From a virus (lineage: Duplodnaviria > Caudoviricetes): DNA of 38,963 nucleotides. A model generated the notes under the pieces. That model was not told where the DNA came from and did no database searches. It was given only the letters and a program-made list of their open reading frames with translations. The position numbers and the translations under genes were made by a program. Location of the stretch: positions 1 to 38,963 of IMG/VR virus record IMGVR_UViG_3300020044_006241. The stretch is one strand, 5' to 3'. Every line of letters begins with the position of its first letter. The first letter of the stretch is position 1. Below are positions 8,281 to 17,341 of the stretch, in pieces.

Positions 8281-9187
8281 CACGCCACTTGTCGGTATCG
8301 CCGCACGCATAGCAGCAGCGCGAGCGTTAAGTGAGGGGGCGAAGCGTCGTCTCGACAACATCAACTTGATGAAGGCGGAGAACGTCATCTCGAATGATGA
8401 AGCTCGTAAGCTAACACGACAAGTTGAGAGTGCAGCGAAAGAGGAACGCTTGTCACAGCCTGCGACACCAGCACAACTTCAGCCGGGACAGATGGCGATG
8501 AAGATGTTGGACAGGTTCGTCACGTGTGACCCTGACCTGATCAAAGTGAAGGAGCGAGTGAAGACGCTGGCGACTGTTCACTATCCAGTGTTGATTCGTG
8601 GTGACTCTGGCACAGGCAAAGAGTTAATCGCACGTGCATTGCACGGCAATCGTGTCGGACCATTCGTAGCAATCAACTGCGCCGCCATCTCCGAGAACCT
8701 GATCGAGTCTGAGTTGTTCGGTCATGTTAAGGGTGCGTTCACTGGTGCATTCAATGACCGCGCTGGCTTGCTGATTAAAGCGCGAGGCGGCACAGCGTTC
8801 CTCGATGAGATCGGTGACTTGCCGTATGCACTACAGGCCAAGCTGTTGCGAGCATTACAGAATCGAGTAGTGCGTCGTGTCGGATCGAACGATGACGAAG
8901 AGATTGACTGTCGCATTGTTGCAGCTACACACAAAGGCATCGAGTCATCTCTCAACGACACGTTCCGGCTTGACCTCTACTACAGATTGAGCACGTTCAT
9001 CCTCGACCTCAAGAAGATGGGTGAGCGAACATACGAAGACTTCGAGTTGATCTCGAAACACTTCGGGGGTGATGACGAGGACACGCAGCGACTGTGGGTT
9101 AATCGTGGGCGAATGAAGGGTAACTTCCGTGACATCGAACAATACTTTATCCGCAAGAAGGTTCTTGGAATACTCTCCTACGAATAG
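8204..9187 (+). CDS. Sigma54-dependent enhancer-binding protein (bEBP, AAA+) lacking receiver and C-terminal HTH
   Basis: GDSGTGKE Walker A, INCAA, ESELFGHVKGAFTGA, FLDEIGDL Walker B, QAKLLRALQ, RIVAAT, FRLDLYYRL R-finger, GNFRDI sensor II; protein ends ~15 aa later. Confidence 0.95.
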   Translation: MENETPNAVSAAPTARQLHNSSCLSSTPLVGIAARIAAARALSEGAKRRLDNINLMKAENVISNDEARKLTRQVESAAKEERLSQPATPAQLQPGQMAMKMLDRFVTCDPDLIKVKERVKTLATVHYPVLIRGDSGTGKELIARALHGNRVGPFVAINCAAISENLIESELFGHVKGAFTGAFNDRAGLLIKARGGTAFLDEIGDLPYALQAKLLRALQNRVVRRVGSNDDEEIDCRIVAATHKGIESSLNDTFRLDLYYRLSTFILDLKKMGERTYEDFELISKHFGGDDEDTQRLWVNRGRMKGNFRDIEQYFIRKKVLGILSYE

Positions 9188-9198
9188 CCTTAGAGTTA

Positions 9199-9214
9199 TG
9201 GCATACGAAATGCT
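9199..9214 (+). promoter_or_regulatory. Sigma54 (-24/-12) promoter heading the replication/recombination operon
   Basis: TGGCATACGAAATGCT: GG-N10-GC in the 48-bp gap after the bEBP gene. Confidence 0.75.
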
Positions 9215-9235
9215 TATACTATACTCAGCAACACT

Positions 9236-9871
9236 ATGTCTATACTATTAGAAACTCCCGAAGCATTTATGCAGGGATCAGAACCACCTATTAAGCGTGG
9301 TCAAGTTCGCAAGGTGCGAGCAGGAGCACGCTATGGTGACAGGCCGCCAGCGTATTACAACGAGGGCTATGCGAAAGCATTGTTGCCGACGCTGATCGAG
9401 ATGATTAAATCGCGGCAAGACAAAGAGTTCATGCGCGAACGTATCTCGACTGACACACTCTATCAACGAGTGCATCAAGCGTTTGCGTATTGCATTGATC
9501 ATCTTGATGAGGCCGGCCTACTCGATACTCTGCGGCGTGAAGTTCAGATTCGGCGCACGCCAAAGGGAATCGTGATGTGCTTCATGGAGAACTCTTCACG
9601 ATACGACCGGCAAGCGACAGCGCATTCAGTCTCGGCTCGGCCCGATGCGTTCAAGGTTCGCAACGCAATCAGTGTGAACTGGCACGAGGCGGTCCATGAG
9701 TTTGTCGAGAGTGACGCGAGAGAGCTTGTGCTCAAGGATGGGTTCGCACTCACGCCGCAAGAGCAGTCGGATATTCGGGCGCTGATTAGTCTTGTGCCTG
9801 AGGGTGTTGAGCCAATCAGTATTGTGATGCTCAACGGTTTCAACATTCACCTTCGTCGTGGCACGCAATGA
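9236..9871 (+). CDS. Hypothetical protein
   Basis: caacactATG start, 211 aa. Confidence 0.8.
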   Translation: MSILLETPEAFMQGSEPPIKRGQVRKVRAGARYGDRPPAYYNEGYAKALLPTLIEMIKSRQDKEFMRERISTDTLYQRVHQAFAYCIDHLDEAGLLDTLRREVQIRRTPKGIVMCFMENSSRYDRQATAHSVSARPDAFKVRNAISVNWHEAVHEFVESDARELVLKDGFALTPQEQSDIRALISLVPEGVEPISIVMLNGFNIHLRRGTQ

Positions 9872-10140
9872 CCATCGAAGAACTTCTCGAATTACCGCCC
9901 GAAGGACTGGAAGCTCTGACTGATGAGGCTCTCGTAGCACACCTCAGTAAATACTTCCAGTTCTCTCGGCCGCAACAAGACCTCCGTGTTCTCGTTCCGA
10001 ACTCACCAGTAGGCACACGCAAACCTTCTATCTCACGTCCTGCTCAGAGCGCAATGGCAAAGGCAGTCGTCGATAAGTTTATGTCTGACCCTGACATGCC
10101 TCTTGAGAAACTTCTTGCAATGCGAAAGCTAGTATCATGA
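9868..10140 (+). CDS. Hypothetical protein
   Basis: ATGA overlaps on both sides. Confidence 0.7.
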   Translation: MTIEELLELPPEGLEALTDEALVAHLSKYFQFSRPQQDLRVLVPNSPVGTRKPSISRPAQSAMAKAVVDKFMSDPDMPLEKLLAMRKLVS

Positions 10141-11078
10141 AACGACACATCCGATTAAACTCTTCAGCGATTCGACACTCGTCCTGTATCCGCAAAGTCC
10201 AGTATGTTCTCGACGGCTATCACGAAGTAGCAACCTCGAACGACATCGTGTGGGGGAATTGCTTCCACGACTTTGCCGCAGAATTCAAACGCAACGGCGG
10301 CGTGTTCAATGACGCCTGCAAGAAAGGCTGGGCGTTTCGTGATACAGTCGAACGTATCTACACGAAGTATCGCAAGGATCATCTCAATGACTTCGCGTTC
10401 TTCAAGCAGGTCTGTTTCTTCTGGTCACTCGAACACTCGTCGTGGAACACAGTGTCAGTTGGAGGCAAGGCTTGTGTTGAACTCGGTTGGTTGTTTCCGT
10501 TCTACGCTGGTGAGCATGTTGACATCTCGCTTTGCGGAACGATTGATGACATCTGCCTGCACAAGGAGAATGCGGGAGCGGTTGCGATTCGTGACTACAA
10601 GACAACCTCTGCGTCTGACCCTGCTGATTACTTCAACAAGTATCGGTTGAGTTCGCAGTTGATGACGTATTACTACGGTCTGACACAAGTTGCGAAGCGC
10701 GGCCTCGCGGCTAATGCGACAAGCGAGCTAGCTAAACTCTGGCTCAACGCGTCGAGTCGTCATGTGTTCATCGAAGGAATCTTCCTTGCGACTGACCCGA
10801 CGAAGACAAAGTTCATGACGAGTGATGCGTTTGAGATTAGTGATGAGCGTATTGCGGAATACGAAATGCTTGTCATGGGCCTGTGCAAACGTCTCGATGT
10901 TCCTCTTGAGCACAAGCATCCACGTGAGGGATTGATCACACGCGGGTGTGAGTCGGAAGGTTACGGTCGCAAGTGTTCCTTCTTTGAAGTGTGCGCTGCT
11001 GCGACGGATGACGAAGCACAGATGAACTTGACAGGAATGTTTGCAAAGGAAGAAGACTACAACCCACTACTAGCATGA
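10137..11078 (+). CDS. PD-(D/E)XK nuclease, Cas4/RecB-like exonuclease
   Basis: GNCFHD, GTIDDI, IRDYKT, QLMTY; N-terminal C plus C-terminal C..C..C cluster. Confidence 0.85.
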   Translation: MKRHIRLNSSAIRHSSCIRKVQYVLDGYHEVATSNDIVWGNCFHDFAAEFKRNGGVFNDACKKGWAFRDTVERIYTKYRKDHLNDFAFFKQVCFFWSLEHSSWNTVSVGGKACVELGWLFPFYAGEHVDISLCGTIDDICLHKENAGAVAIRDYKTTSASDPADYFNKYRLSSQLMTYYYGLTQVAKRGLAANATSELAKLWLNASSRHVFIEGIFLATDPTKTKFMTSDAFEISDERIAEYEMLVMGLCKRLDVPLEHKHPREGLITRGCESEGYGRKCSFFEVCAAATDDEAQMNLTGMFAKEEDYNPLLA

Positions 11079-11398
11079 ACGCAGATAAACTACAACGACT
11101 GAACGACGCAATCCGTGAAGTGATCACGGACATCGAAGGGCCGCAACCCTTATTCAAAAACGAGACGCGAACTTGGATGGTTGAAGTTCTCGCAGACAGT
11201 GTGATTCGGCGGGCGGCTAAGTTCGCTCGCGGTCAAGCTGAACATGGTGGTGACTTCCTCACGAACAAGATGAACGTCATCGGTATGATGGAGGAAGAGA
11301 TTGACGACCACTTCTTTTATTTCGAGCGGTTCAAGGCTGACGTAGCGAAGAGCATTGCTCGAATGAACAGAACCAACCCAACCACAACCAACAAGTGA
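11075..11398 (+). CDS. Putative all-alpha nucleotide pyrophosphohydrolase-like protein
   Basis: KFARGQAEHGG and EEEIDD..FY resemble MazG/dNTP-diphosphohydrolase-like phage proteins. Confidence 0.45.
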   Translation: MNADKLQRLNDAIREVITDIEGPQPLFKNETRTWMVEVLADSVIRRAAKFARGQAEHGGDFLTNKMNVIGMMEEEIDDHFFYFERFKADVAKSIARMNRTNPTTTNK

Positions 11399-12102
11399 TC
11401 ACACTACCAACAACTATCACCGGACCAACGCACACTAACCCTAAGCTAACACTACTGTATGGGCCGCCGAAAGTCGGCAAGACTACCGCTCTGAGCGAAC
11501 TCGAAAACTGCCTCATCATCGACTGCGAAGACGGCTCTGATTACATCAGTGCGCTCAAGGTAAAAGCGAACAACATCGAAGAGCTTCGTGAAGTGTGCAA
11601 AGCGATTCGTGGTGCAGGTTCACCATACAAGTTCGTAGCGGTTGACACGATCACTCGCGTTGAAGACTGGTGTGAGCGTTACGCAACGTCACTCTACAAG
11701 CAGAGTGTCTTGGGCAAGAGCTTCACTGGGGGGAGTGTTCTTGAGTTACCGAATGGTGCAGGATACGGACACCTTCGTGAAGCGTTCTCGTCTGTGCTAA
11801 TGATGCTGCACAACATCGCGCCGCATGTGATTCTCGTTGGACATCTGCGCGAGAAGTTCATCGGCGGCAAGGACGCGAAGGTTGACAGTATGGTTTCGTC
11901 GAAGGACCTTGAGTTGACCGGCAAGATCAAGCAGATCGCCTGCTCCCGTTCGGATGCGATTGGTTATGTGTATCGTAACTTCGAGGATGGCTTCAAGTTG
12001 TGGATTTCGTTCGAGAGCACAGAGCAGATTAACTGCGGTGCGCGGTGTGGTCATCTGAAAGGTAAGCGTATGCCGCTTAACTGGAAGGAGATTTACAAAT
12101 AA
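11395..12102 (+). CDS. AAA_24 / Sak4-like ssDNA-annealing ATPase
   Basis: LLYGPPKVGKTT, IIDCEDG, VAVDTI, GAGYG, ILVGH; flanked by nuclease and SSB. Confidence 0.85.
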   Translation: MITLPTTITGPTHTNPKLTLLYGPPKVGKTTALSELENCLIIDCEDGSDYISALKVKANNIEELREVCKAIRGAGSPYKFVAVDTITRVEDWCERYATSLYKQSVLGKSFTGGSVLELPNGAGYGHLREAFSSVLMMLHNIAPHVILVGHLREKFIGGKDAKVDSMVSSKDLELTGKIKQIACSRSDAIGYVYRNFEDGFKLWISFESTEQINCGARCGHLKGKRMPLNWKEIYK

Positions 12103-12169
12103 CAATTTCCGCCCTAAGGCGGCAAGGCTGGTATCCTCACTACCAAAAACAAAAAACAAAACAAAACAA

Positions 12170-12739
12170 ATGAGCAACAGCAATAACATCCTGACCCCAG
12201 CACCTGTCGACGCGTCACAACCTGAACAGCTGAACAGCAGTGTTAAACTGCCGCGTGGTAACTATGTGGTTCGGTGCAAGAAGGCCGAGTTCCAGTTCTC
12301 GCGTAAGGCTGGCAACCCCATGTTCGTTCTGACGTGGGAGTTGTGCAAGCCTGAGACGGTGCGAGTTGAAGGCCGTGTGTATTCGATCGCCGGCGTTGAG
12401 TTGCGCAAGCAATACTTGACGTTGACGCCCGAAGCGGCCAAGCGCACGTTCGAGCTTCAGTCACTGCTCGGACTCGAACAGAAGGTGGACCTCGACAATC
12501 CGCTCGAAGCGGCGAACAAGTTCGTTGGTCAGGTGGCCAATGCGTTCTGCGGTAGCGATGAGTATGTGAAGCGCGCAGACCTGACGGACGAAGAGATTGC
12601 CGATGGCAAGACTCCCGATCAAGCGGCTCCGATCACCTATGAGGACGGCTCACCGGTGAAGGGTTACACTCGTGAACTCCTGCAAGTCTTGCAGAAGTCG
12701 AGCGTGACGTTGCCTCCGTTGACTGGCGAGTCGATGTAA
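12170..12739 (+). CDS. DUF669-like single-stranded DNA-binding protein
   Basis: LPRGNY.V....AE...SRKAGNPMF.L.WE; follows Sak4-like gene; long (AAAAC)n leader. Confidence 0.7.
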   Translation: MSNSNNILTPAPVDASQPEQLNSSVKLPRGNYVVRCKKAEFQFSRKAGNPMFVLTWELCKPETVRVEGRVYSIAGVELRKQYLTLTPEAAKRTFELQSLLGLEQKVDLDNPLEAANKFVGQVANAFCGSDEYVKRADLTDEEIADGKTPDQAAPITYEDGSPVKGYTRELLQVLQKSSVTLPPLTGESM

Positions 12740-12754
12740 TCAGTGAGTTCTTGT

Positions 12755-12788
12755 CTGGCTGTTGTGGTATGCACGCCATAGCAGCCAG
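12755..12788 (+). other. Intergenic RNA hairpin (processing or attenuation site?)
   Basis: ctggctgttgtggt / gccatagcagccag, 14 bp with G-U pairs on + strand; no U tail. Confidence 0.6.
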
Positions 12789-12802
12789 CAAAGAAACCAT
12801 TC

Positions 12803-14353
12803 TTGACCATGACAAAGTTTCGTCACAAACCTAAACTGCCCTACTGCGGCCTGACGATTGTGTTGGCGAATCCCTCACGGTTTGACACACGTGAGTTGTT
12901 GACTGGTAATGCTGGCACATGGTTCCTTGACACACTTCGTCAGGCCGCCAACGGTAAGCTAATTCGATTTCACTGTGACATCCGCACATCTAACACGCGT
13001 GACGAAGGCTTGCTTGAAGGGACACGTGTTGTGTTCTGCCTCGGTGAGACAGCGCAGCATGAATGGTTCGCACCACAGACTGAACTGAAAGCACAACGAG
13101 GCTCGCCGCACGTCGCACACGACGACATAATCTATCTGTCATCGTTTACCCCACAAGACTCACACGACTTCCAAGCATATGAGCAACGACTCAACGCTAA
13201 CTATCGAGGTGCTCATGACGATGATGCGGAAGCAGACGATAGCGAGGTTAAGGGTCACAAGGGTGCGACAAAGCGAACGAACTACAAGTTCTGGCTCGGA
13301 ATGGATACATACAAATGTGTCCGACTACTTAATCAAGGATTGGCCAACACTGGTCGATGTGCAGTATCAGTCTATCCTGATGCAGAGCGAGTTGTCAGCG
13401 AGCTACAAAGCACGAAGAACTCTACGCTCTATCTGGATATCGAAACTCTGTTCGACCGAACGCTCACGTGCATTGGATTTGCTTTTGAGGGGCGACCTGT
13501 GTATGTCTTCCCGCTACGTCGTTATCACGGAGGACTGGCATATGATGTTTTGAAAACGTGCAAGATGATGGCCGCGCTTGGGACGGCAATGCGTGACAAC
13601 CTGTGCGTGACACACAATGGACATGCGTTCGACTGGTTAGTTCTCGCTCACCATTATCGCATCCCATTTGGCCGCCGTCTATACGATACAATGATCGCGC
13701 AGAATCGTTGTTGGCCTGAGGCGGAGAAGTCACTCGGGCATTGTCTCTCGCTCTGGACAGATGAAGCGTATCACAAGGACGACGGAGTATTCGATCCGCA
13801 CAACACTCAACAGGAGGAAGCTCTGTGGAACTACAACGCAAAGGATGTTCATGCGTTGCGCTTACTCAAGGCCGCATTCGACAAGGCTGGGGTTGATGAT
13901 CCCGGTCTAGGTGCAAGCATTGAGCAAGGCCAGCAGATGATTTATCCGTATATGGTGGCGGCCCTTCGCGGTATTCGAGCGGACGCGGCTAAGATCACAG
14001 AGATCGTGACAGAGAATGACCGACTGCTCACTCAGTATCTGAGGATCGCTAAGGTTCTGATTGGCCCCGATAACTACGCTATACTCAAGGGCAAGAGCGA
14101 AGCGGGGTTCCTGTCCTCGAACAAGCAGGCGGCCAAATACTTCTACGAGATTCAGAAGTATAAGTGTCCTCACAAGACTGACACTGGTGAAGATGCGGTT
14201 GATGTGAAGGCCATGCTGAAGCTAGCGATTGCGCTCAAGAAGAAGGGTATTGAGAACCCTGTGATTCCGTTGCGGTTGAAGTTTGCGGAAGTGAAGAAGG
14301 AAACGTCGATGCTGTCGAATCTTAACCTCTGGCCAGAGAAGGCTTATCTATGA
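12803..14353 (+). CDS. polA: DNA polymerase A, N-terminal part: degenerate uracil-DNA-glycosylase-like domain + 3'-5' exonuclease
   Basis: UDG-fold-like IVLANPS..LLTGNAG, FCLGETA, QRG, SFTP; ExoI YLDIET, ExoII HNGHAFD, ExoIII YNAKD; RGI and thumb start; ATG 12809 is the probable start. Confidence 0.8.
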   Translation: MTMTKFRHKPKLPYCGLTIVLANPSRFDTRELLTGNAGTWFLDTLRQAANGKLIRFHCDIRTSNTRDEGLLEGTRVVFCLGETAQHEWFAPQTELKAQRGSPHVAHDDIIYLSSFTPQDSHDFQAYEQRLNANYRGAHDDDAEADDSEVKGHKGATKRTNYKFWLGMDTYKCVRLLNQGLANTGRCAVSVYPDAERVVSELQSTKNSTLYLDIETLFDRTLTCIGFAFEGRPVYVFPLRRYHGGLAYDVLKTCKMMAALGTAMRDNLCVTHNGHAFDWLVLAHHYRIPFGRRLYDTMIAQNRCWPEAEKSLGHCLSLWTDEAYHKDDGVFDPHNTQQEEALWNYNAKDVHALRLLKAAFDKAGVDDPGLGASIEQGQQMIYPYMVAALRGIRADAAKITEIVTENDRLLTQYLRIAKVLIGPDNYAILKGKSEAGFLSSNKQAAKYFYEIQKYKCPHKTDTGEDAVDVKAMLKLAIALKKKGIENPVIPLRLKFAEVKKETSMLSNLNLWPEKAYL

Positions 14354-14772
14354 CCCCATTCACCATCCCAGTAAACCTCACTCGAAAGTTCGTCGACTCG
14401 AACCCGAGCACAATGTTCCTAATTGGCGGCCCACTTAGCAACATCTTCAGCGAAGGTGAGCCTGCTCCATACGTCGGATGCTCCAACATCTTTCACGTTC
14501 CGATCAAGATCAAATGCTGTATGGATTCGTCGGCCTTCTTCACTGACTCGTTCCTCGACATCTTCGAGTGGGAACTAGAGAAGGCCGCCAACGGATTGCT
14601 CACGCACAAGTTCACTCACGGACTTAACCAAGTGGTTCCTGATCCACGATTAGCCCGAACGAACTGGGCCGGGCCAATGCATGTGACTGCTCCGAAATGC
14701 CGCGCTGCTCTTGACAAGTGGCTTGAGCGATATTGCTCACCGTATGTCATTGACTACACCTTTAAGATATGA
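14350..14772 (+). CDS. Hypothetical protein between the two polymerase halves
   Basis: ATGA overlaps on both sides; weak resemblance to a phage family with R..V..NP...F.FG / PN...IP.K / FFTD / APK pattern. Confidence 0.7.
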   Translation: MTPFTIPVNLTRKFVDSNPSTMFLIGGPLSNIFSEGEPAPYVGCSNIFHVPIKIKCCMDSSAFFTDSFLDIFEWELEKAANGLLTHKFTHGLNQVVPDPRLARTNWAGPMHVTAPKCRAALDKWLERYCSPYVIDYTFKI

Positions 14773-15791
14773 GCCGCCTCACCTGTTGTTACCGTCTCGC
14801 CAAGACCAACACCTTTCGTCTTGGAAGTGGTAAGCTATTCCCACAATCCAAAACGAACAAGTCGGCTTGCGGTCCTGAGTTTGGCGGTAATATGCAGAAC
14901 TGGGAGAAGTCGTTGCGAACCCTAGCTCTCGCGGATGAAGGCTGCTCGTTCTGTCAGGTTGACCAAGCGGGCGCTGAGGCATTGATCGTTGCGTATCTCT
15001 GTCCTCCCGGTCGCTATCGTGATCTGTTCTTGCACAGCATCAAGCCTCACGTCTACATCGGTGTGTTCTTTCCGTCACATTGGGAGCGTGAGTTTCCAAT
15101 GGTGCGAGACTTCGTGAGCATTCCGATTGCTGAACTCAAGAACCATCCACAATGGCCAGCATTCGCCAAGCTCGTTGCGAAGTCAGACTCGAACCCGTCA
15201 GCGACTCGATACTATTACTTCTACAAGCAGACCTGCCATTCTGGGAATTACGGCATCATGGAGAACACCTTCATCGAGAACCTTCTCTCGAAGAGCGGCG
15301 GCAAGGTAAATCTATCGGCCGCCGAAGGAGCGCAATTCTTAGGAACGTATCGTGACGTGGCATTCCCTGAGCTTCACTCGTTCCACAACTACGTCAACCG
15401 TCAGATCGAAACTAAGCATGAGCTTCGTAACTTGTTCGGCTACCCTCGCAAGTTTCGCTCACTCAAGTTCGACTCGAAGGAAGCATACGCTTTCATCCCA
15501 CAGTCAACCGTCGGATGCATCACGAACAAAGCAGTCGTGATGATGCAGGAACATATCTTTACGCACAAGCTCAACTGGATAATCCTGAACAACTGCCACG
15601 ACTCTTACCTTGTGCAAGCGCCGACGAGTGAGATTATGGAGTGCGCGAAGTTGATGAAGCAGTTCATCGAAGTTCCGCTCGTTGGCATTCGCGGCGAGAA
15701 GTTTAACATGCGAAGTGAAGCGTCGGTTGGTCGTAACTGGGGACCATACAGCGACAAGAACCCTGACGGACTGAAGGAGATAAAGATTTGA
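14769..15791 (+). CDS. polA: DNA polymerase A, polymerase domain
   Basis: TNTFRLGS, NMQN, motif A QVDQAGAE, motif B KQTCHSGNYG, PQSTVG, motif C NCHDSY, VGRNWG. Confidence 0.9.
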   Translation: MSRLTCCYRLAKTNTFRLGSGKLFPQSKTNKSACGPEFGGNMQNWEKSLRTLALADEGCSFCQVDQAGAEALIVAYLCPPGRYRDLFLHSIKPHVYIGVFFPSHWEREFPMVRDFVSIPIAELKNHPQWPAFAKLVAKSDSNPSATRYYYFYKQTCHSGNYGIMENTFIENLLSKSGGKVNLSAAEGAQFLGTYRDVAFPELHSFHNYVNRQIETKHELRNLFGYPRKFRSLKFDSKEAYAFIPQSTVGCITNKAVVMMQEHIFTHKLNWIILNNCHDSYLVQAPTSEIMECAKLMKQFIEVPLVGIRGEKFNMRSEASVGRNWGPYSDKNPDGLKEIKI

Positions 15792-17341
15792 AACACATTG
15801 AACACTGGAACAATTTGTTGCGCGACATCGAAGCTCCACAAGAGTTCATCGACTGGGCCTTTCGTTGGCTCATCTGCGCCTCGCTTCAACGTCGTGTCTG
15901 GGTGTCGCTTCGCGGCAAACAGTTATACCCAAACATCTACCTGTTTCTCGTAGCCGAACCCGGTATCGGCAAGAGCATCACACTCTCGCCCGCGAAGGAG
16001 TTGTTGTCATGGCACAAGTATCACGACAAAGGGCCGCATGACACAGAGACAATATACCGCAAGCTCATGTCGGGTGCAGGCATGACCGCTGAGGAAGTGG
16101 TTGATCGCATCATGGTTCCTCAGAACGACACGAACAAACAGACCGATGAGGAACGCAAGAACATGCCGTTGTTCGCAGTCGGACCTGACAGCACTACCTA
16201 CGAACAACTCGTGCAGGACATGGCTGGCAATCCTCGCATGATTCGCTATCAAGCAAAGCAACGAGACGGAACGACAAAGCCGCAAATCATGACGCACAAT
16301 TCGTTTTGCTTCGCTTCGACGGAGTTGTCGAACTTGATCAAGAAAGGCTCTGACAGTATCGTCAACCTGATGCTCGAAGCCTACGACTGTGCTGAACGCT
16401 ACGAGTATCGCACGAAACACCACGGCAAAGATTGCGTGCATCGCGTGTGCTTGAACTTCGCGGCCGGAACGACGCCAGACTACATGTCGCGCACGTTCGA
16501 TGACTCGTTGCTCAACGAAGGTATCTCATCGCGCAGCTTCTTTATCTTCGCGTTCAACAAACGCTTCTATCGTCTCGAAACCGGAAGTCACACTGACGAT
16601 CAGATTCGCAGCAAGGCTTCGCTTCTCGCTTGGCTTCGTGTTCTCGGCTCGCTCTATGGTGAAGTGACGATGACTCCTGAGGCACGTGACTTCCTGAAGT
16701 TCTGGTATGAACAGATTCATCCGACGGCTCGTCCGAACAAGGACCCGAAGATGATTCACTACTACTCACGCAAAGAGCTTCACGTTGTGAAGACGGCGAT
16801 GGCAGTTCACTTCGCGGATAGCACTGACCTTGTTCTCACGCTCGAAGACTTCCAGAAAGCGTTCGAGATTCTCGAACACGCGGAGAAACGAATGCACCTT
16901 GCGTTGCAAGTCGGCACGAAGAATCCTCTGGCGAACATTGCCCGCAAGATTATCCGTTGGTTCGTAGCTCGCGGAAACGAACACGCAACTCAGAACGAAC
17001 TGATTGCGGCGTTCTATTCGGAAGCTCGCTCGTCTGACTTGATCGAGGTCATTCAATACATGATGTCCACGAACAAGCTAGTCGTCGAGCGCACTGGCCC
17101 GCAAGACTACTTCAAACTCAACCCGTTGCGGGCGGCTGAAGATGAGATCGAAACGAGAAGCGACACAGCATTCATCGAGACACGACAAGTCGTTCACGAC
17201 TCGCTGGATCGGCGTATTCGCTGGGGAAGAGGCGGCAAAGTCATCCTACCTCGTGACTTGCCGGGACCGGAGTTGCTGAAGTTGCGCACGCTTATGCGCG
17301 ACAAACTCGTCAGCGGAGTTAGCGCGATAGCGTGGGAATAG
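15788..17341 (+). CDS. DUF3987-like P-loop ATPase/helicase with C-terminal winged-helix-like region
   Basis: LYPNIYLFLVAEPGIGKS, AYDC, AGTTP, GISSR. Confidence 0.75.
   Translation: MKHIEHWNNLLRDIEAPQEFIDWAFRWLICASLQRRVWVSLRGKQLYPNIYLFLVAEPGIGKSITLSPAKELLSWHKYHDKGPHDTETIYRKLMSGAGMTAEEVVDRIMVPQNDTNKQTDEERKNMPLFAVGPDSTTYEQLVQDMAGNPRMIRYQAKQRDGTTKPQIMTHNSFCFASTELSNLIKKGSDSIVNLMLEAYDCAERYEYRTKHHGKDCVHRVCLNFAAGTTPDYMSRTFDDSLLNEGISSRSFFIFAFNKRFYRLETGSHTDDQIRSKASLLAWLRVLGSLYGEVTMTPEARDFLKFWYEQIHPTARPNKDPKMIHYYSRKELHVVKTAMAVHFADSTDLVLTLEDFQKAFEILEHAEKRMHLALQVGTKNPLANIARKIIRWFVARGNEHATQNELIAAFYSEARSSDLIEVIQYMMSTNKLVVERTGPQDYFKLNPLRAAEDEIETRSDTAFIETRQVVHDSLDRRIRWGRGGKVILPRDLPGPELLKLRTLMRDKLVSGVSAIAWE

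Noticed and set aside
10137-11078. Cas4-like gene as evidence of a CRISPR system
   Set aside because: No repeat-spacer array or other cas genes; context is the usual nuclease-Sak4-SSB recombination module.
14350-14772. Homing endonuclease, intron or intein in the polymerase
   Set aside because: No HNH, GIY-YIG or LAGLIDADG motif, no intein terminal residues, and both flanking genes have their own stop and start.
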